This document shows, in pieces, positions 44,308-54,204 of a stretch of 64,000 nucleotides of DNA. Numbering within the stretch: the stretch's first letter is position 1; the number at the start of each line of letters is the position of its first letter. This DNA is from Minisyncoccota bacterium (GTDB lineage: Bacteria > Patescibacteriota > Minisyncoccia > Minisyncoccales > JAGOPM01): positions 571,920 to 635,919 of the forward strand of contig JBAZJI010000001.1 in the NCBI GenBank assembly GCA_041651395.1, written 5' to 3'. The notes beneath the pieces were generated by a model. It was not told the origin of the DNA, did not search any database, and was given only the letters and a program-made list of their open reading frames with translations. The position numbers and the translations under genes were made by a program.

Positions 44308-44411
44308 GACAACCTCCTTTTTTGGTTTCGCTTTTTGTTTGTCAAAAAGCCGCGCCTCTCTGTGCGCTTATCAATATGGAGTTCTTAATAATACTTTTTT
44401 AGTATAACGCA

Positions 44412-44437
44412 CAAAAAGCGGGGTGTTAAACCCCGCT
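44412..44437 (-). terminator. Rho-independent terminator after the giant surface gene
   Basis: agcgggg-(7 nt)-ccccgct with T-runs on both strands. Confidence 0.75.
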
Positions 44438-44462
44438 TTTTCCACAAGCAATTACCAATCTA

Positions 44463-47400
44463 TTACTGGCCTAGCTGTTCCAAAACCGCCCTTGTCTTGG
44501 GACCGAATATTCCCAAAGTTGGCATGATGCCTTTATCGATTTGGAATTTCTTGACCGCCTCTTGAGTCACTAAGCCAAAGTACTTGGTGAAATATGGATG
44601 TTTGAAATACCCTAATTTACTTAATCTCTTCTGGAGGATTGTAACCTCATCCCCCACTGAACCAAGTTTAAGCAAAATGGCGGGCATCGGGAGAATCGGG
44701 GCAACCGAGGAAGGTTTGGCTAAAATAGCACTTAAAGACGGCAATTTTTTACCCGAGGCCAAAAGTTGCAAAATAAGGGCAATCAAATTCTGTTTTTGCT
44801 GCTCAACGGTTATGACAATATTCTTTTCCTCCTTTACGACCGCCGGCTTGACGGTTGTTTCTTTTACCGGCGCTGGCGTATTGGATCCCGGGGCAGTCGC
44901 AACGACAGAGGCAACCACGGCCGATGTTTGGGCATTAGCTGAAGCGGAATTTGGCCCGGCACCACTGTCATTAACTGCCGCCACTTGATAATAGTAAGTC
45001 GTTTGCGCTGTCAATCCGGTATCACTGTAACTGGTAGCAGTAGTAGTCGCCAATAGAGTTGTAAAACCGGAATTAGTTAAGCTTCGATAAATATTGTAAG
45101 AAGTGGCATCGGTCGTAGCTGTCCAAACAAGATCTATCTGGCTCACCGAAGCGGCTGTTGCAGTCAGGCCCGTAGTTTGATCGGGCACTGGAGGCAAAAT
45201 CGGGCCGTAATCAGAGAAGTGGCTCACCTCGGCCGACAAAGTATTGAGCGTCGTATCGATGGTAGCAGGCACAGTTTCCCAATTACCAGTTGTAGAATCA
45301 AAATAACCCAACTGAATATTATTTTCACTAAAGCCCACTGGCAAATCTGCTTCATTATAGGAAATGGTCACCGAAGCTTTAGAATTCAAATTGGAAATCG
45401 TCTGCCCGGAAGAATCGGTAACGGAAATCCTTTGCACAGAGTTGGAAAGTGGTTTGGCATTAGCCGTTCTAACCGCCACTGAAGCAGTCGCTACCGAGAT
45501 ACTGACATTGTCCGAGCCAGTCCCCAAAGCATTGGCCGGGATATTAATAAGAATACCATTATTATTCAGTTGCCCACCGGCGGCTGGCGAAACACCGCTA
45601 ATTTGGGGTGTAGGTGGAGTGCAGCCGCTTATCGCGGTCAAGGAAATATTTTTACCGCTGCTGCCCGCAGCCGCATCTAAACCCGTGGAGCGTTGATAGC
45701 AGGGACCTTCGGCAAAAACCGTCCAACTACCGCTATCAATATTAAGGGTATAATTACCATTATCATCAGTGGGGGCACCAGCCCAAACCTCATAATTGCC
45801 GATTATTTTTTTGGCGCTCACCCAAGAATTAGCCAAGCCCGAGCCACCCGAGCCTAAAACCCGGCCGGTAATAGTGGCCCCGGCCGCACCTAAAGTGAAA
45901 TCCTGGGTTTTATTGCCACTCATCGTCACCGAAACATCTCCTTCGTTGGCAATATAGCCCAGAGATTTTACTCCCACGCGATAAGTCTTAGCGTCAGGCA
46001 AAGAAATTGTGTAATCGCCGGAGCCATTAGTAGTGGTAGAAAAGAATAAAGGACTATTTATAGCCGAAGCCCAAACATTAATACCTGCAATTCCCGAACC
46101 ACCGGCTGTCACCGCACCACTTAAAGTCACTAAGGTCGAACTGGCTTGAGCATCATAAGTTTTAGAAGACACTGTCCCGCCAGTTATGGTAACCGTATCT
46201 CCCGGGGTAGAAATTTCTCCAATCATAGGAGAACCCACACGCACATCATAGGTCCCGGCCGGCAAAACAATATCAGCTACTTTGCTGCTACCGGTAGCTG
46301 TCCAAGTACTAGCGCCATTGCCCCGCCCCGTAGTCGAGTTAAATGCGCCACCAAAAAGCTGACTAATATTTTGAGCATTCTGCACCGTGATCCTAAGCGT
46401 TCCTTGCGCGCCTAAAGCCCAATTAGCGGTCGCATTGGCACTTCTCACATCAACATTTTGGCCCTGTAAGCCGCCAGTGCTAGGCGACCAACCGCCCACC
46501 TCATAAGTAGCCGCGGGAACATATAAAGTATAAGTACCGTCGCTATTTGTTTCCGTGCCATTACCCCCCATAGTGCCATCGGTTCTTCTGGCTCCAATTT
46601 TCACCCCACTGACAGCCGTGCCTCCCATAGTAACGGCACCGGTAATCCTCTTTAGATCTCCGGTATTTACAGTGAAAGTTACCGTCGGATTACTGCCCGC
46701 GGTAATAGTGGCACTCTGCGCCGTTAGCTGGCCAAAATTTGGAGCAAATCCTTCAACCGTATAAATTCCTTCTGCCAAATAAAGTATGGCGGTACCGCTG
46801 GCATTAGTCATAGCATTGGCATTGCCATTGGAACCATGGGCGGAAACGCTCGCTCCCTTAATAACATTAGTACCATCAGTGACATTGGCTGTTATATAAG
46901 AAGTCGGAGAAGAAATATTTATTTCCTTAGTCGTGGTCGCAACAGTCGAGGAAACGCTGACTGGGAATTGTTTAGGTTGGCCCGATCCTGGCAAGCCCAA
47001 TTCGATGGCCAAAGACCCAGCCGGGACTTTGAACTTATAAAAATCTCCGAAATTCGGGCTACAAACCATTTCTCCGCCTGCACCCTGCATAATACCGCCT
47101 GTGCTGCGCATAACCCCAACGCAAGCATTGGTTATCGGATCGCTGGTTCCAGCTTTGTAAATTTTTACAACCAAATCTTTATTGGCCAACACATACGCTT
47201 GCGAGCCGGCATTCGTAGTCGTATTAGCCGTTGGCGTTATCTGCCAAGAAGCTGGCGGCCAATATTCTTGCCCCTGTGCATCGGTGACTTTGGCCGAATT
47301 ACCATATTGCCCGCCCTCCACCTCAAAATTCCAAGTTTGTCCACTGGCTACCCGCATAAAATAATATCCATTTCCACTGCCATCAAAACCTGGCGTAGTA

Positions 47401-49403
47401 TATGTCTGATCGGTATAAACATCGGTAAAAGACATAAACTCTGGGCTATAAGCCATGATAAAGGCGTTCTGTCCCGCTACTCCACCGGTCAATTGGCCGG
47501 TAGTCGTAGCGTCGGGTACGCCAAAATAAATGGTGGTTGTAACAGTTACGCCTCCATTAGCATTCACATTTTTCATTGAAGGCGCCAAAAACGTATTATA
47601 AAAACTTTGACTCCCCTTATCAAAAGGTTCAGTGCCCATCATGTAATTGCAATCAAGCAAATTGCGATAAACCGCCTCGGAGGTGGAAGAAAGCCATCTC
47701 TGCCCAGCAAAAAATTGTTTGTCAGGGCAGCCAGCCACCACTTTCACTTGAGCGCGCTCTCCGGCACTCAGAATAGCACTGGTTGTGGCGGTTAATTTTT
47801 TCTTGACTACAACATTAATGGTATTATTGCCTCCGATATGCACTGCGTCCTGCGGCGGCGGCTGATTAGTAATCATGTCAGCTTGCTCGAAACCAAAATA
47901 TGATCCATCAATCACGCCTCCGTTGCTAGCTGCCGTATAAACAAATAAAGGCCGATAAACACCCGCTAAAGAAGGTGTCCCAATATTACCTACAGTCACG
48001 GTAATCTTATCCCCGGGAGAAGTCGTGGCATTGCTGGTAATGAAGGAAATCCTTTTTTTACCGAACTCGGAGGTCGTAGTATAAGCTCCGGCCGCTATTT
48101 GGGCGTAAGCCGAGGTGCTGGCATTAATATTTTGTGCCGGCACATCGATAGAAGTAATACTAAACTCTGTCGGAATATTTAATACCACTTTACCCCCAAC
48201 CGGAATAGCGGTTGTAGCCGTAAAAGAGATGGTAAAAGTTGCATAACTACTGGTAGCCGTATTACTAATATACAAATCGTTGTTCTGGTCCGAAACAATC
48301 CCGGCACCCGTCCTGACTAATGAAGAAGTAGCGGTTACAGAAAATTTTGTCGTGCTTAATTCGCTAGGATTGCCTTGGCTGGGCGTCCCGCCTTTAAGCG
48401 TCCAAGTCAGATTGCCCATACCGCTGCGTTCACCCGCACCATTATTGATACCGCTAACCGAAAGCGAGAAAGCCGAACCACTGGCATAGGTAGAGGTTAC
48501 ATATCCAAAAATTAAACTGGTTTGGCCATTGCCGCCAATACTAATGCCCGGCGTAGGATTTCCTACCCCGCCTACATTAAAATCAGTAACCGCGGCGGCA
48601 TTTTCTAGCTGTACCGCATCCAAATAAAGCGTCTGGCTGGCATAAACCCCGTCGCCCCCGGTCAGAAAACGCACACTAAGGGAGGCACCATCGGTTCGAA
48701 AAGAACGGGTAAAGCGAGCAAAAGAATTGGTTACTTGGCTATCTAAAATGTAAGCGGAAGTTGAAGCAAAAAAATCCGGTCCCATAGAGACACACGCCCA
48801 AGAAGAGCTGACAAAATTATAAGCTGAAACATTGCCTGGTTCACAAGCTGCGGTTCCGGCGAGCATCAAGCGGATTTTTTCCCCACCGCTAGCGCCGCGA
48901 GCATAAAAACTTAAGGTATTGGTCGTATCGGAGGTAACATTGGCGCTCTGGGAAATCATTGCGTAGCCGGAAGGCGTAGAAGTCCCAACAAGGCTTAAGC
49001 TCAGATTGCCATGATATTTTGTCGTCGAAGTAGCCAACGAGGCACCGCTTGTGCTAGTCGCACTCCAAGAAGCAAGCGACAGTTCAAAAGACGGATTAGA
49101 GATTAAATTGGAAAGCGGCTGCCCCAAAGAAGAATAAAAAATAGCTCCAGTCAAAGAAGTCTGGGTAGCGTTTTGAGGGTCAAAAGGCTGAGCATTATTA
49201 AGTGACGGGAAAACCACTTGGATAACATCATTAGCCGCCAATTCGGCTGTGGTTGTGGCCACAAAATTCCAACGGGTATTTGTTGCCCCGATTAAATTGT
49301 CAAAATTATTCGCATTTGGTGTCACAGAAAAATTTGCCGCAATCGCTACCGACCCCATCAGTAGAGATGCGAGCGCTAGAAGCGCCCCGATACTTTTTTT
49401 CAT
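44463..49403 (-). CDS. Giant surface protein (1646 aa) with Ig/CarboxypepD_reg-like repeats, FN3 and C-terminal peptidoglycan-binding domain
   Basis: Signal peptide MKKSIGALLALASLLMGSVAIA. T/S/G-rich beta repeats. FN3 (LTATAASVSQIDLVWTATTDATSYNIYRS). PG_binding_1-like tail (GDEVTILQKRLSKLGYF...QEAVKKFQIDKGI). Confidence 0.8.
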   Translation of the reverse strand: MKKSIGALLALASLLMGSVAIAANFSVTPNANNFDNLIGATNTRWNFVATTTAELAANDVIQVVFPSLNNAQPFDPQNATQTSLTGAIFYSSLGQPLSNLISNPSFELSLASWSATSTSGASLATSTTKYHGNLSLSLVGTSTPSGYAMISQSANVTSDTTNTLSFYARGASGGEKIRLMLAGTAACEPGNVSAYNFVSSSWACVSMGPDFFASTSAYILDSQVTNSFARFTRSFRTDGASLSVRFLTGGDGVYASQTLYLDAVQLENAAAVTDFNVGGVGNPTPGISIGGNGQTSLIFGYVTSTYASGSAFSLSVSGINNGAGERSGMGNLTWTLKGGTPSQGNPSELSTTKFSVTATSSLVRTGAGIVSDQNNDLYISNTATSSYATFTISFTATTAIPVGGKVVLNIPTEFSITSIDVPAQNINASTSAYAQIAAGAYTTTSEFGKKRISFITSNATTSPGDKITVTVGNIGTPSLAGVYRPLFVYTAASNGGVIDGSYFGFEQADMITNQPPPQDAVHIGGNNTINVVVKKKLTATTSAILSAGERAQVKVVAGCPDKQFFAGQRWLSSTSEAVYRNLLDCNYMMGTEPFDKGSQSFYNTFLAPSMKNVNANGGVTVTTTIYFGVPDATTTGQLTGGVAGQNAFIMAYSPEFMSFTDVYTDQTYTTPGFDGSGNGYYFMRVASGQTWNFEVEGGQYGNSAKVTDAQGQEYWPPASWQITPTANTTTNAGSQAYVLANKDLVVKIYKAGTSDPITNACVGVMRSTGGIMQGAGGEMVCSPNFGDFYKFKVPAGSLAIELGLPGSGQPKQFPVSVSSTVATTTKEINISSPTSYITANVTDGTNVIKGASVSAHGSNGNANAMTNASGTAILYLAEGIYTVEGFAPNFGQLTAQSATITAGSNPTVTFTVNTGDLKRITGAVTMGGTAVSGVKIGARRTDGTMGGNGTETNSDGTYTLYVPAATYEVGGWSPSTGGLQGQNVDVRSANATANWALGAQGTLRITVQNAQNISQLFGGAFNSTTGRGNGASTWTATGSSKVADIVLPAGTYDVRVGSPMIGEISTPGDTVTITGGTVSSKTYDAQASSTLVTLSGAVTAGGSGIAGINVWASAINSPLFFSTTTNGSGDYTISLPDAKTYRVGVKSLGYIANEGDVSVTMSGNKTQDFTLGAAGATITGRVLGSGGSGLANSWVSAKKIIGNYEVWAGAPTDDNGNYTLNIDSGSWTVFAEGPCYQRSTGLDAAAGSSGKNISLTAISGCTPPTPQISGVSPAAGGQLNNNGILINIPANALGTGSDNVSISVATASVAVRTANAKPLSNSVQRISVTDSSGQTISNLNSKASVTISYNEADLPVGFSENNIQLGYFDSTTGNWETVPATIDTTLNTLSAEVSHFSDYGPILPPVPDQTTGLTATAASVSQIDLVWTATTDATSYNIYRSLTNSGFTTLLATTTATSYSDTGLTAQTTYYYQVAAVNDSGAGPNSASANAQTSAVVASVVATAPGSNTPAPVKETTVKPAVVKEEKNIVITVEQQKQNLIALILQLLASGKKLPSLSAILAKPSSVAPILPMPAILLKLGSVGDEVTILQKRLSKLGYFKHPYFTKYFGLVTQEAVKKFQIDKGIMPTLGIFGPKTRAVLEQLGQ

Positions 49404-49587
49404 ATTTTTATAATAAAAAATGCAACTAAACAGTTGCGATTATTTTTTGCTTTGTGCAATATTAAATTTTTACCAACCGACAAACTAAACATTATTTTAA
49501 TTGATAATGCTCTCGCAATTCATTCTCCCTCAACAATTCCCTCAATGCAATGATTATTTTTCCACAGGCCTCAGGCCCAAAATATAA

Positions 49588-50052
49588 TCAGGGGCAGTTT
49601 CCGGAAAGATAGGCACTAGCCAAACATTTTTTCCCGCTCTTTAGCTCACATTCTTTTTCTTTGGCGCTATATTTTCCACCCGAGATCAAACAAAATATTA
49701 TCGCTTCATCTTTTTCTCCTTTTACTTCTACCCCGCCCTCCGGGCAATCCCCACGATAAAGTGCCCATTCCTCGCACTGCTTGCCTTCCGCGAAAGTGCA
49801 AACCCCATACTCGGAACCGCCGGGATTTTTTTTGATTTCTAAATTGCCGCCCTTAAAAATACAATTTTGCGAGGCGGGATTAGCGAGGGCCGGCTTGGGC
49901 TCATTATTCTGAGCGGCTTTTTCAGTGGCCGGCTTGGCCGTTTGCATTTGTGCAACCGGAGTTTTCTGCCCCACCTTTTTGATGCAAAAAAATAAAAACA
50001 CAACCGAAATAGCAAAAATTACAATTATTAATACCTTAATTCTTTGTTCCAT
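49588..50052 (-). CDS. DUF333 (putative hemolysin, COG3042) domain protein
   Basis: An N-terminal TM segment, then two Cys-containing DUF333-like units (NPASQNCIFKGG...YGVCTF...CEEWALYRGDCP). Confidence 0.65.
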   Translation of the reverse strand: MEQRIKVLIIVIFAISVVFLFFCIKKVGQKTPVAQMQTAKPATEKAAQNNEPKPALANPASQNCIFKGGNLEIKKNPGGSEYGVCTFAEGKQCEEWALYRGDCPEGGVEVKGEKDEAIIFCLISGGKYSAKEKECELKSGKKCLASAYLSGNCP

Positions 50053-50146
50053 ATTCTTGTTTCCTAATTATTACAAAAAAATTCCCACTCACAAAGTCGG
50101 AATGTGGAAAACAAATCCCCATGTTTTGGCATGGGGCTAAATTTAG

Positions 50147-50338
50147 TTAAACCTCCCCTTCTTCGTTTAGCGAATAAATTATACCGACCGCTAAACCGAT
50201 AACCAATATTAAGCGCGGATCATTATTACCCATTAGGGCATTTTTAAGAGCGGGATTATTACCGCCCAAGGCCAAAGTGGCAAAAAACAGAAGAACAGCC
50301 AAAGAGAAAATACTTTTTTTGGTTTTCTTAATATCCAT
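50147..50338 (-). CDS. Small membrane protein (63 aa)
   Basis: Two hydrophobic segments. No homology recognised. Confidence 0.4.
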   Translation of the reverse strand: MDIKKTKKSIFSLAVLLFFATLALGGNNPALKNALMGNNDPRLILVIGLAVGIIYSLNEEGEV

Positions 50339-50379
50339 AACGATAATATTTTATCATGCCTAAAAATATTGCCAAGTGC

Positions 50380-51105
50380 TTAATCTTGCCGAAAAATTTC
50401 ATAACACAAAATAGAGCAAGCCATGGCCACATTAAAGGAGAGCGCCGCCCCTGCCATAGGTATGGTAACGCTAAAATCCGCCAAAGAAGCCGATTCTTTG
50501 GAAATTCCCTCTCCCTCTGAGCCCAAAATCAAGCACAAAGGCGTCTTTAATCCTGCTTGGGCTAAATTTTTCCCACCTTGCACGGTCGTGCCCGCTATTT
50601 GATAACCTAATTTTTTCATTTTCCCAATGGCTTCAAAAGGATTTTCCACTAAACAAACCGGAACATAATTTTCTCCGCCTGAGGCTACGTGTAAAACCGT
50701 ATCATTGATCTCGCAAGAGCCTTTGCCCGGCAAACCCAGGGCAAATTTCCCAAAACAAGCCAAGATCCTTATGATGAGCCCGACATTTTGCGGATCATTC
50801 ACCCCGTCAAGCCAAATTATATTTCTCTTTTGGGAGATAATCTCATCTAAATTAGCGTAAGAAAACGGCTCAACAACAGCAATAATCCCCTGCAATCTGT
50901 CGGCTCGCTTTTGGCGCTTTAACCACTTTTCGTCCTTATGAGTAAAAGCGACATTATTAGTAATAATCAACTTCAAGATATCTTTGTCTGGAAAATTCTC
51001 TTGGATATATACCTGGCGGATACTTCTGGGATTAGATATCAGCCTCTCTCTGATGGAATTTTTCCCGTAAAGATATATAGCATCACTTTTGACAGCCTGT
51101 TTCAT
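50380..51105 (-). CDS. rlmB: SpoU/TrmH-family RNA 2'-O-methyltransferase (RlmB-like)
   Basis: LYGKNSIRERL (substrate-binding N-domain), DGVNDPQNVGLIIR, LILGSEGEGIS and IPMAGAALSFNVAMACSI. Confidence 0.8.
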   Translation of the reverse strand: MKQAVKSDAIYLYGKNSIRERLISNPRSIRQVYIQENFPDKDILKLIITNNVAFTHKDEKWLKRQKRADRLQGIIAVVEPFSYANLDEIISQKRNIIWLDGVNDPQNVGLIIRILACFGKFALGLPGKGSCEINDTVLHVASGGENYVPVCLVENPFEAIGKMKKLGYQIAGTTVQGGKNLAQAGLKTPLCLILGSEGEGISKESASLADFSVTIPMAGAALSFNVAMACSILCYEIFRQD

Positions 51106-51161
51106 ATTAGCTAATCATACCCTTGCAAATAAAAAAGCGCTAGGTTGCCCCAGCGCTTTTT

Positions 51162-51971
51162 TCAAATTATTTCGTAGGTCAAACTAACCGCGACAGTAAT
51201 TTCGCTCTGCCCTTCACTGATAGTCGGGGATGGGGCGCCGGCCGATTCCATAGCGGCATTTAGCTTATACATTGGCACAGCATTATAAATCTGCGCCGGC
51301 AGTTGCTCGTTAGCATTATAACCAACCAACTTCCCCAAGCTTATCCCTAATTGTTTAGAAGTGGCTACGGCATTAGCTTTAGCTTTGGCAATGGCCGCCT
51401 CTCGTGCTTTGGCGATCGTAGCTTCTTTATTATCTACATCGAAACGCAAATCGCCAACTTGGTTCAAGCCCAAATCCCCGGCCGTGGCTAAAACATCGGA
51501 AACTTTATTTAAGTCCCTTATTTTCAATTCAATACTCTGCCGATGGGTATAACCACGAAGCGTTTGTTTGCCCTCCCTGCTCCAATCATAGGCAGGATTA
51601 ATACTATAATTAACAGTTTTAATATCTTCTCGCTTAATTCCCAAGCCCAAAGCTTTTTCTACAAATACATTCATCTTATCCGTGCCATCTTTTATGGCTT
51701 CAGCCACAGTTTTCTTTTCAATTTCCACCCCGGTGGTAACAAGGGCAATATCGGGCTTAACCACTTCCTTACCCTCGCCGGAAAATGACATAGAGCGCAC
51801 ACTATCACTGGTTTTGCCAATATAATCAAATTGCTTAAAAGTATTGCGCGCCAAACCCGCCAAAAAAATTGCCAAAATTATTAAAACGATTGCCACTAAC
51901 CCTTTATTGCCGTGGCCAGGCTTGCAGCACTCTTGGTGGCTATTGCAACCACAACTACAATTTTGTTCCAT
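51162..51971 (-). CDS. SIMPL/DUF541 domain protein with Cys/His-rich N-terminus
   Basis: MEQNCSCGCNSHQECCKPGHG, a TM segment, then a SIMPL-like body (...LRGYTHRQSIELKIRDL...AKAREAAIAKAKANA...). ATG 51971 is preferred over 52031. Confidence 0.65.
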   Translation of the reverse strand: MEQNCSCGCNSHQECCKPGHGNKGLVAIVLIILAIFLAGLARNTFKQFDYIGKTSDSVRSMSFSGEGKEVVKPDIALVTTGVEIEKKTVAEAIKDGTDKMNVFVEKALGLGIKREDIKTVNYSINPAYDWSREGKQTLRGYTHRQSIELKIRDLNKVSDVLATAGDLGLNQVGDLRFDVDNKEATIAKAREAAIAKAKANAVATSKQLGISLGKLVGYNANEQLPAQIYNAVPMYKLNAAMESAGAPSPTISEGQSEITVAVSLTYEII

Positions 51972-52040
51972 ATATTTTTTATAATTATAACAAAAATAAT
52001 CCTGTTGCAACAGGATCAGTATAAAACCCATTTCGGGCTA

Positions 52041-52505
52041 TCATTTGAAATCGATTGTTTTGATGGAAAGGAATAGCTCTTGGTTACGAAAAAGACAATC
52101 GAGCGCCTCAAGTAGCTTATTGGACACGGCCGCCAGCCCACTAAAAGCATCTTTTACAAACTCTTGGCCATTACCGCGCTTGATGGCTACTGCATGAAAA
52201 CTATTTTCGCCATCCTTGGAAGGAATTACAATAATCTTTATTTCCCGTTCAACCGCTTGGCCGTTTTGCGCGATAGAAAAAATCGGAACCATTGTTTCCG
52301 GTGGTAACCAATTCGGTAAAGGTTGCGGTGGCTTCCAAACTACCTGCTTAGTAATTTCTAAAAAATCGACCGAGAGTGTCCAAACCGATCCCTCAACGCC
52401 TTCCCGAAAATTATGCTTGACCATATCCTTGCAGAGAGTGACGATGGTGCACCCTTGAGCATCTTTTTTTGCCGCAGCTAATTTAATTGTGCCTTTCTTA
52501 GGCAT
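52041..52505 (-). CDS. Hypothetical protein (154 aa)
   Basis: ORF with an SD-like aggaggcgcg before the ATG. No family recognised. Confidence 0.5.
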   Translation of the reverse strand: MPKKGTIKLAAAKKDAQGCTIVTLCKDMVKHNFREGVEGSVWTLSVDFLEITKQVVWKPPQPLPNWLPPETMVPIFSIAQNGQAVEREIKIIVIPSKDGENSFHAVAIKRGNGQEFVKDAFSGLAAVSNKLLEALDCLFRNQELFLSIKTIDFK

Positions 52506-52572
52506 CGCGCCTCCTTATATTCTGTTGGTAATTTGCCAAAAATATTTTACACAAAATACCCAATAATGCAAA

Positions 52573-52905
52573 TTAACCCAATGGGCATTTGCATGGTTTA
52601 TTTTTGAGTATTAGCTTTTGCTGTTTTATCGTATGTAAAAAACAATCTTGAGTTGCCCTGCCCTTGGCCAATTTTTTATCCAATGGAGAATTGTGGTTAT
52701 ATCCCCGCCTTGCCATCTCGCGATCAAGTAATTCATGTCGGACAAAAAGGGCTTTCAATTTTCCCTTCCAACGCAAAGTTTCCGGATGCTTAGCATAGCC
52801 GGACTTATTTTTAGTTAATATTGTCCAAATAGCATGCAATTCTCTATGTTCGCCCAGTAAATGCTTAGGGCACAAATATTTTGGATTTACGTCCCAAATT
52901 CTCAT
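52573..52905 (-). CDS. Pyrimidine dimer DNA glycosylase-family protein (endonuclease V-like)
   Basis: MRIWDVNPKYLCPKHLLGEHRELHAIW...GYAKHPETLRW matches the conserved N-terminus of this family as I recall it. Confidence 0.6.
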   Translation of the reverse strand: MRIWDVNPKYLCPKHLLGEHRELHAIWTILTKNKSGYAKHPETLRWKGKLKALFVRHELLDREMARRGYNHNSPLDKKLAKGRATQDCFLHTIKQQKLILKNKPCKCPLG

Positions 52906-52906
52906 G

Positions 52907-53368
52907 TCAGTTTAATTTCCAAATCGAAGTAGCCAGATAAGTGGCAAAACTTACCCAAAATAAATACGGGGCAAGTAACCAAGCCGAAACGCGATTCTTC
53001 TTCCATAGCAACAAGACCAAAGCTATGGTTGTAAGATTAAGCAGACACATTTCCACTATTGCCCAGCCCAACAAATGCCAACCGAAAAATACATAGCTCC
53101 AGAATAAATTCAGCAGGCCATTGGCAATAAAAATAAGCTTAACAGTCTTATCATTAATCTCTTTTTCCGCCTTATTCCAAACCAGCAAAGCCGAAATCAT
53201 GGCTAAAAAATATATAATAGTCCAAATAATGCCGATAAACCCGCCCGGCGGAGCGATTGGCGGCAAAGTTAAAGTTTTGTACCAACCCATATTGGCCGCC
53301 GTAACATTACTGCCCAAATACGATATAGCAATGATAAACAGCGGTATTGCAAAATAATTTGATTTCAT
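52907..53368 (-). CDS. tspO: TspO/MBR family tryptophan-rich sensory protein
   Basis: Five TM segments. WYKTLTLPPIAPPGGFIGIIWTIIY and NLFWSYVFFGWH. Confidence 0.85.
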   Translation of the reverse strand: MKSNYFAIPLFIIAISYLGSNVTAANMGWYKTLTLPPIAPPGGFIGIIWTIIYFLAMISALLVWNKAEKEINDKTVKLIFIANGLLNLFWSYVFFGWHLLGWAIVEMCLLNLTTIALVLLLWKKNRVSAWLLAPYLFWVSFATYLATSIWKLN

Positions 53369-53484
53369 ACTTTTCTGTATTATAACATAAATGCCCGATA
53401 TGCGGGCGCATCTTCAACTGCAATAAAACTCATGATTATGCGTGTTTTGTTTCGACAATAAGCGGGTTATAATGAATTATAATT

Positions 53485-54204
53485 ATGGCTCGAATCGTAC
53501 ACGGTTTTACAATAGGCAAAAAAAATTATTACATCCCGACAATTCTTTTTGCCGTCATTATTCCCATAATACTAGTAATAATTGTCGGAAAAATTAACGA
53601 AGTTGCCATTGAGCTTATTTTGCACAGCATCGTAATTTCATTCCTCCGGCTTTTAGGCGCCTATTTTATTTCTCTGTTTATTTCCATTACCATTGTTTCT
53701 CTTATCGGACAAAGTAAAGTCGGGGATTTGCTTATTCCGGTTTTCGATCTTTTGCAAAATCTCCCCTCTTTTGCCTTAATCCCACTTTTTGTCGCCATCT
53801 TGCATTATTCCGACGGCATGGCTATTGCCTTTGCTGCCTCCTCAATTTTATGGCCCATACTTTTTTATACACTTCATTCAGTCAAAACCGCACCCAAAGA
53901 CTTAAATAATGCCGCTCAAATATTTGGTGCACGCGGTATAAAAATGATAATTTATTATTATTTTCCCCTGATGTTTCCGGCCATTGTCACCGGTTCAATC
54001 GTCGGCTTTAGTATTGGCTGGGAAGCGATTATCGGCATTGAAATGCTCGGGCTTAAAAGCGGCATCGGCTTTTTCCTTAATTCGATCCTGGCGAGCAGTC
54101 AGACGGCTTTCGCCTTGGGCATCGCCTCGCTTTTGGTCTTGGTTTTTATTATCAACCGCTTAGTCTGGATGCCTCTCTTAAAAAAATCCGAACTTTATGA
54201 ATAA
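53485..54204 (+). CDS. ABC transporter permease (NitT/TauT-type)
   Basis: Multi-TM protein with a BPD_transp_1-like EAA region (AAQIFGARGIKMIIYYYFPLMFPAIVTG). Confidence 0.8.
   Translation: MARIVHGFTIGKKNYYIPTILFAVIIPIILVIIVGKINEVAIELILHSIVISFLRLLGAYFISLFISITIVSLIGQSKVGDLLIPVFDLLQNLPSFALIPLFVAILHYSDGMAIAFAASSILWPILFYTLHSVKTAPKDLNNAAQIFGARGIKMIIYYYFPLMFPAIVTGSIVGFSIGWEAIIGIEMLGLKSGIGFFLNSILASSQTAFALGIASLLVLVFIINRLVWMPLLKKSELYE

Noticed and set aside
46836-47579. 247-aa ORF antisense to the giant surface-protein gene (and similar antisense ORFs at 14321-14905, 43285-43647, 34830-35183 and 2969-3232)
   Set aside because: All lie inside or opposite well-supported CDS, lack start signals and have shadow-ORF composition.
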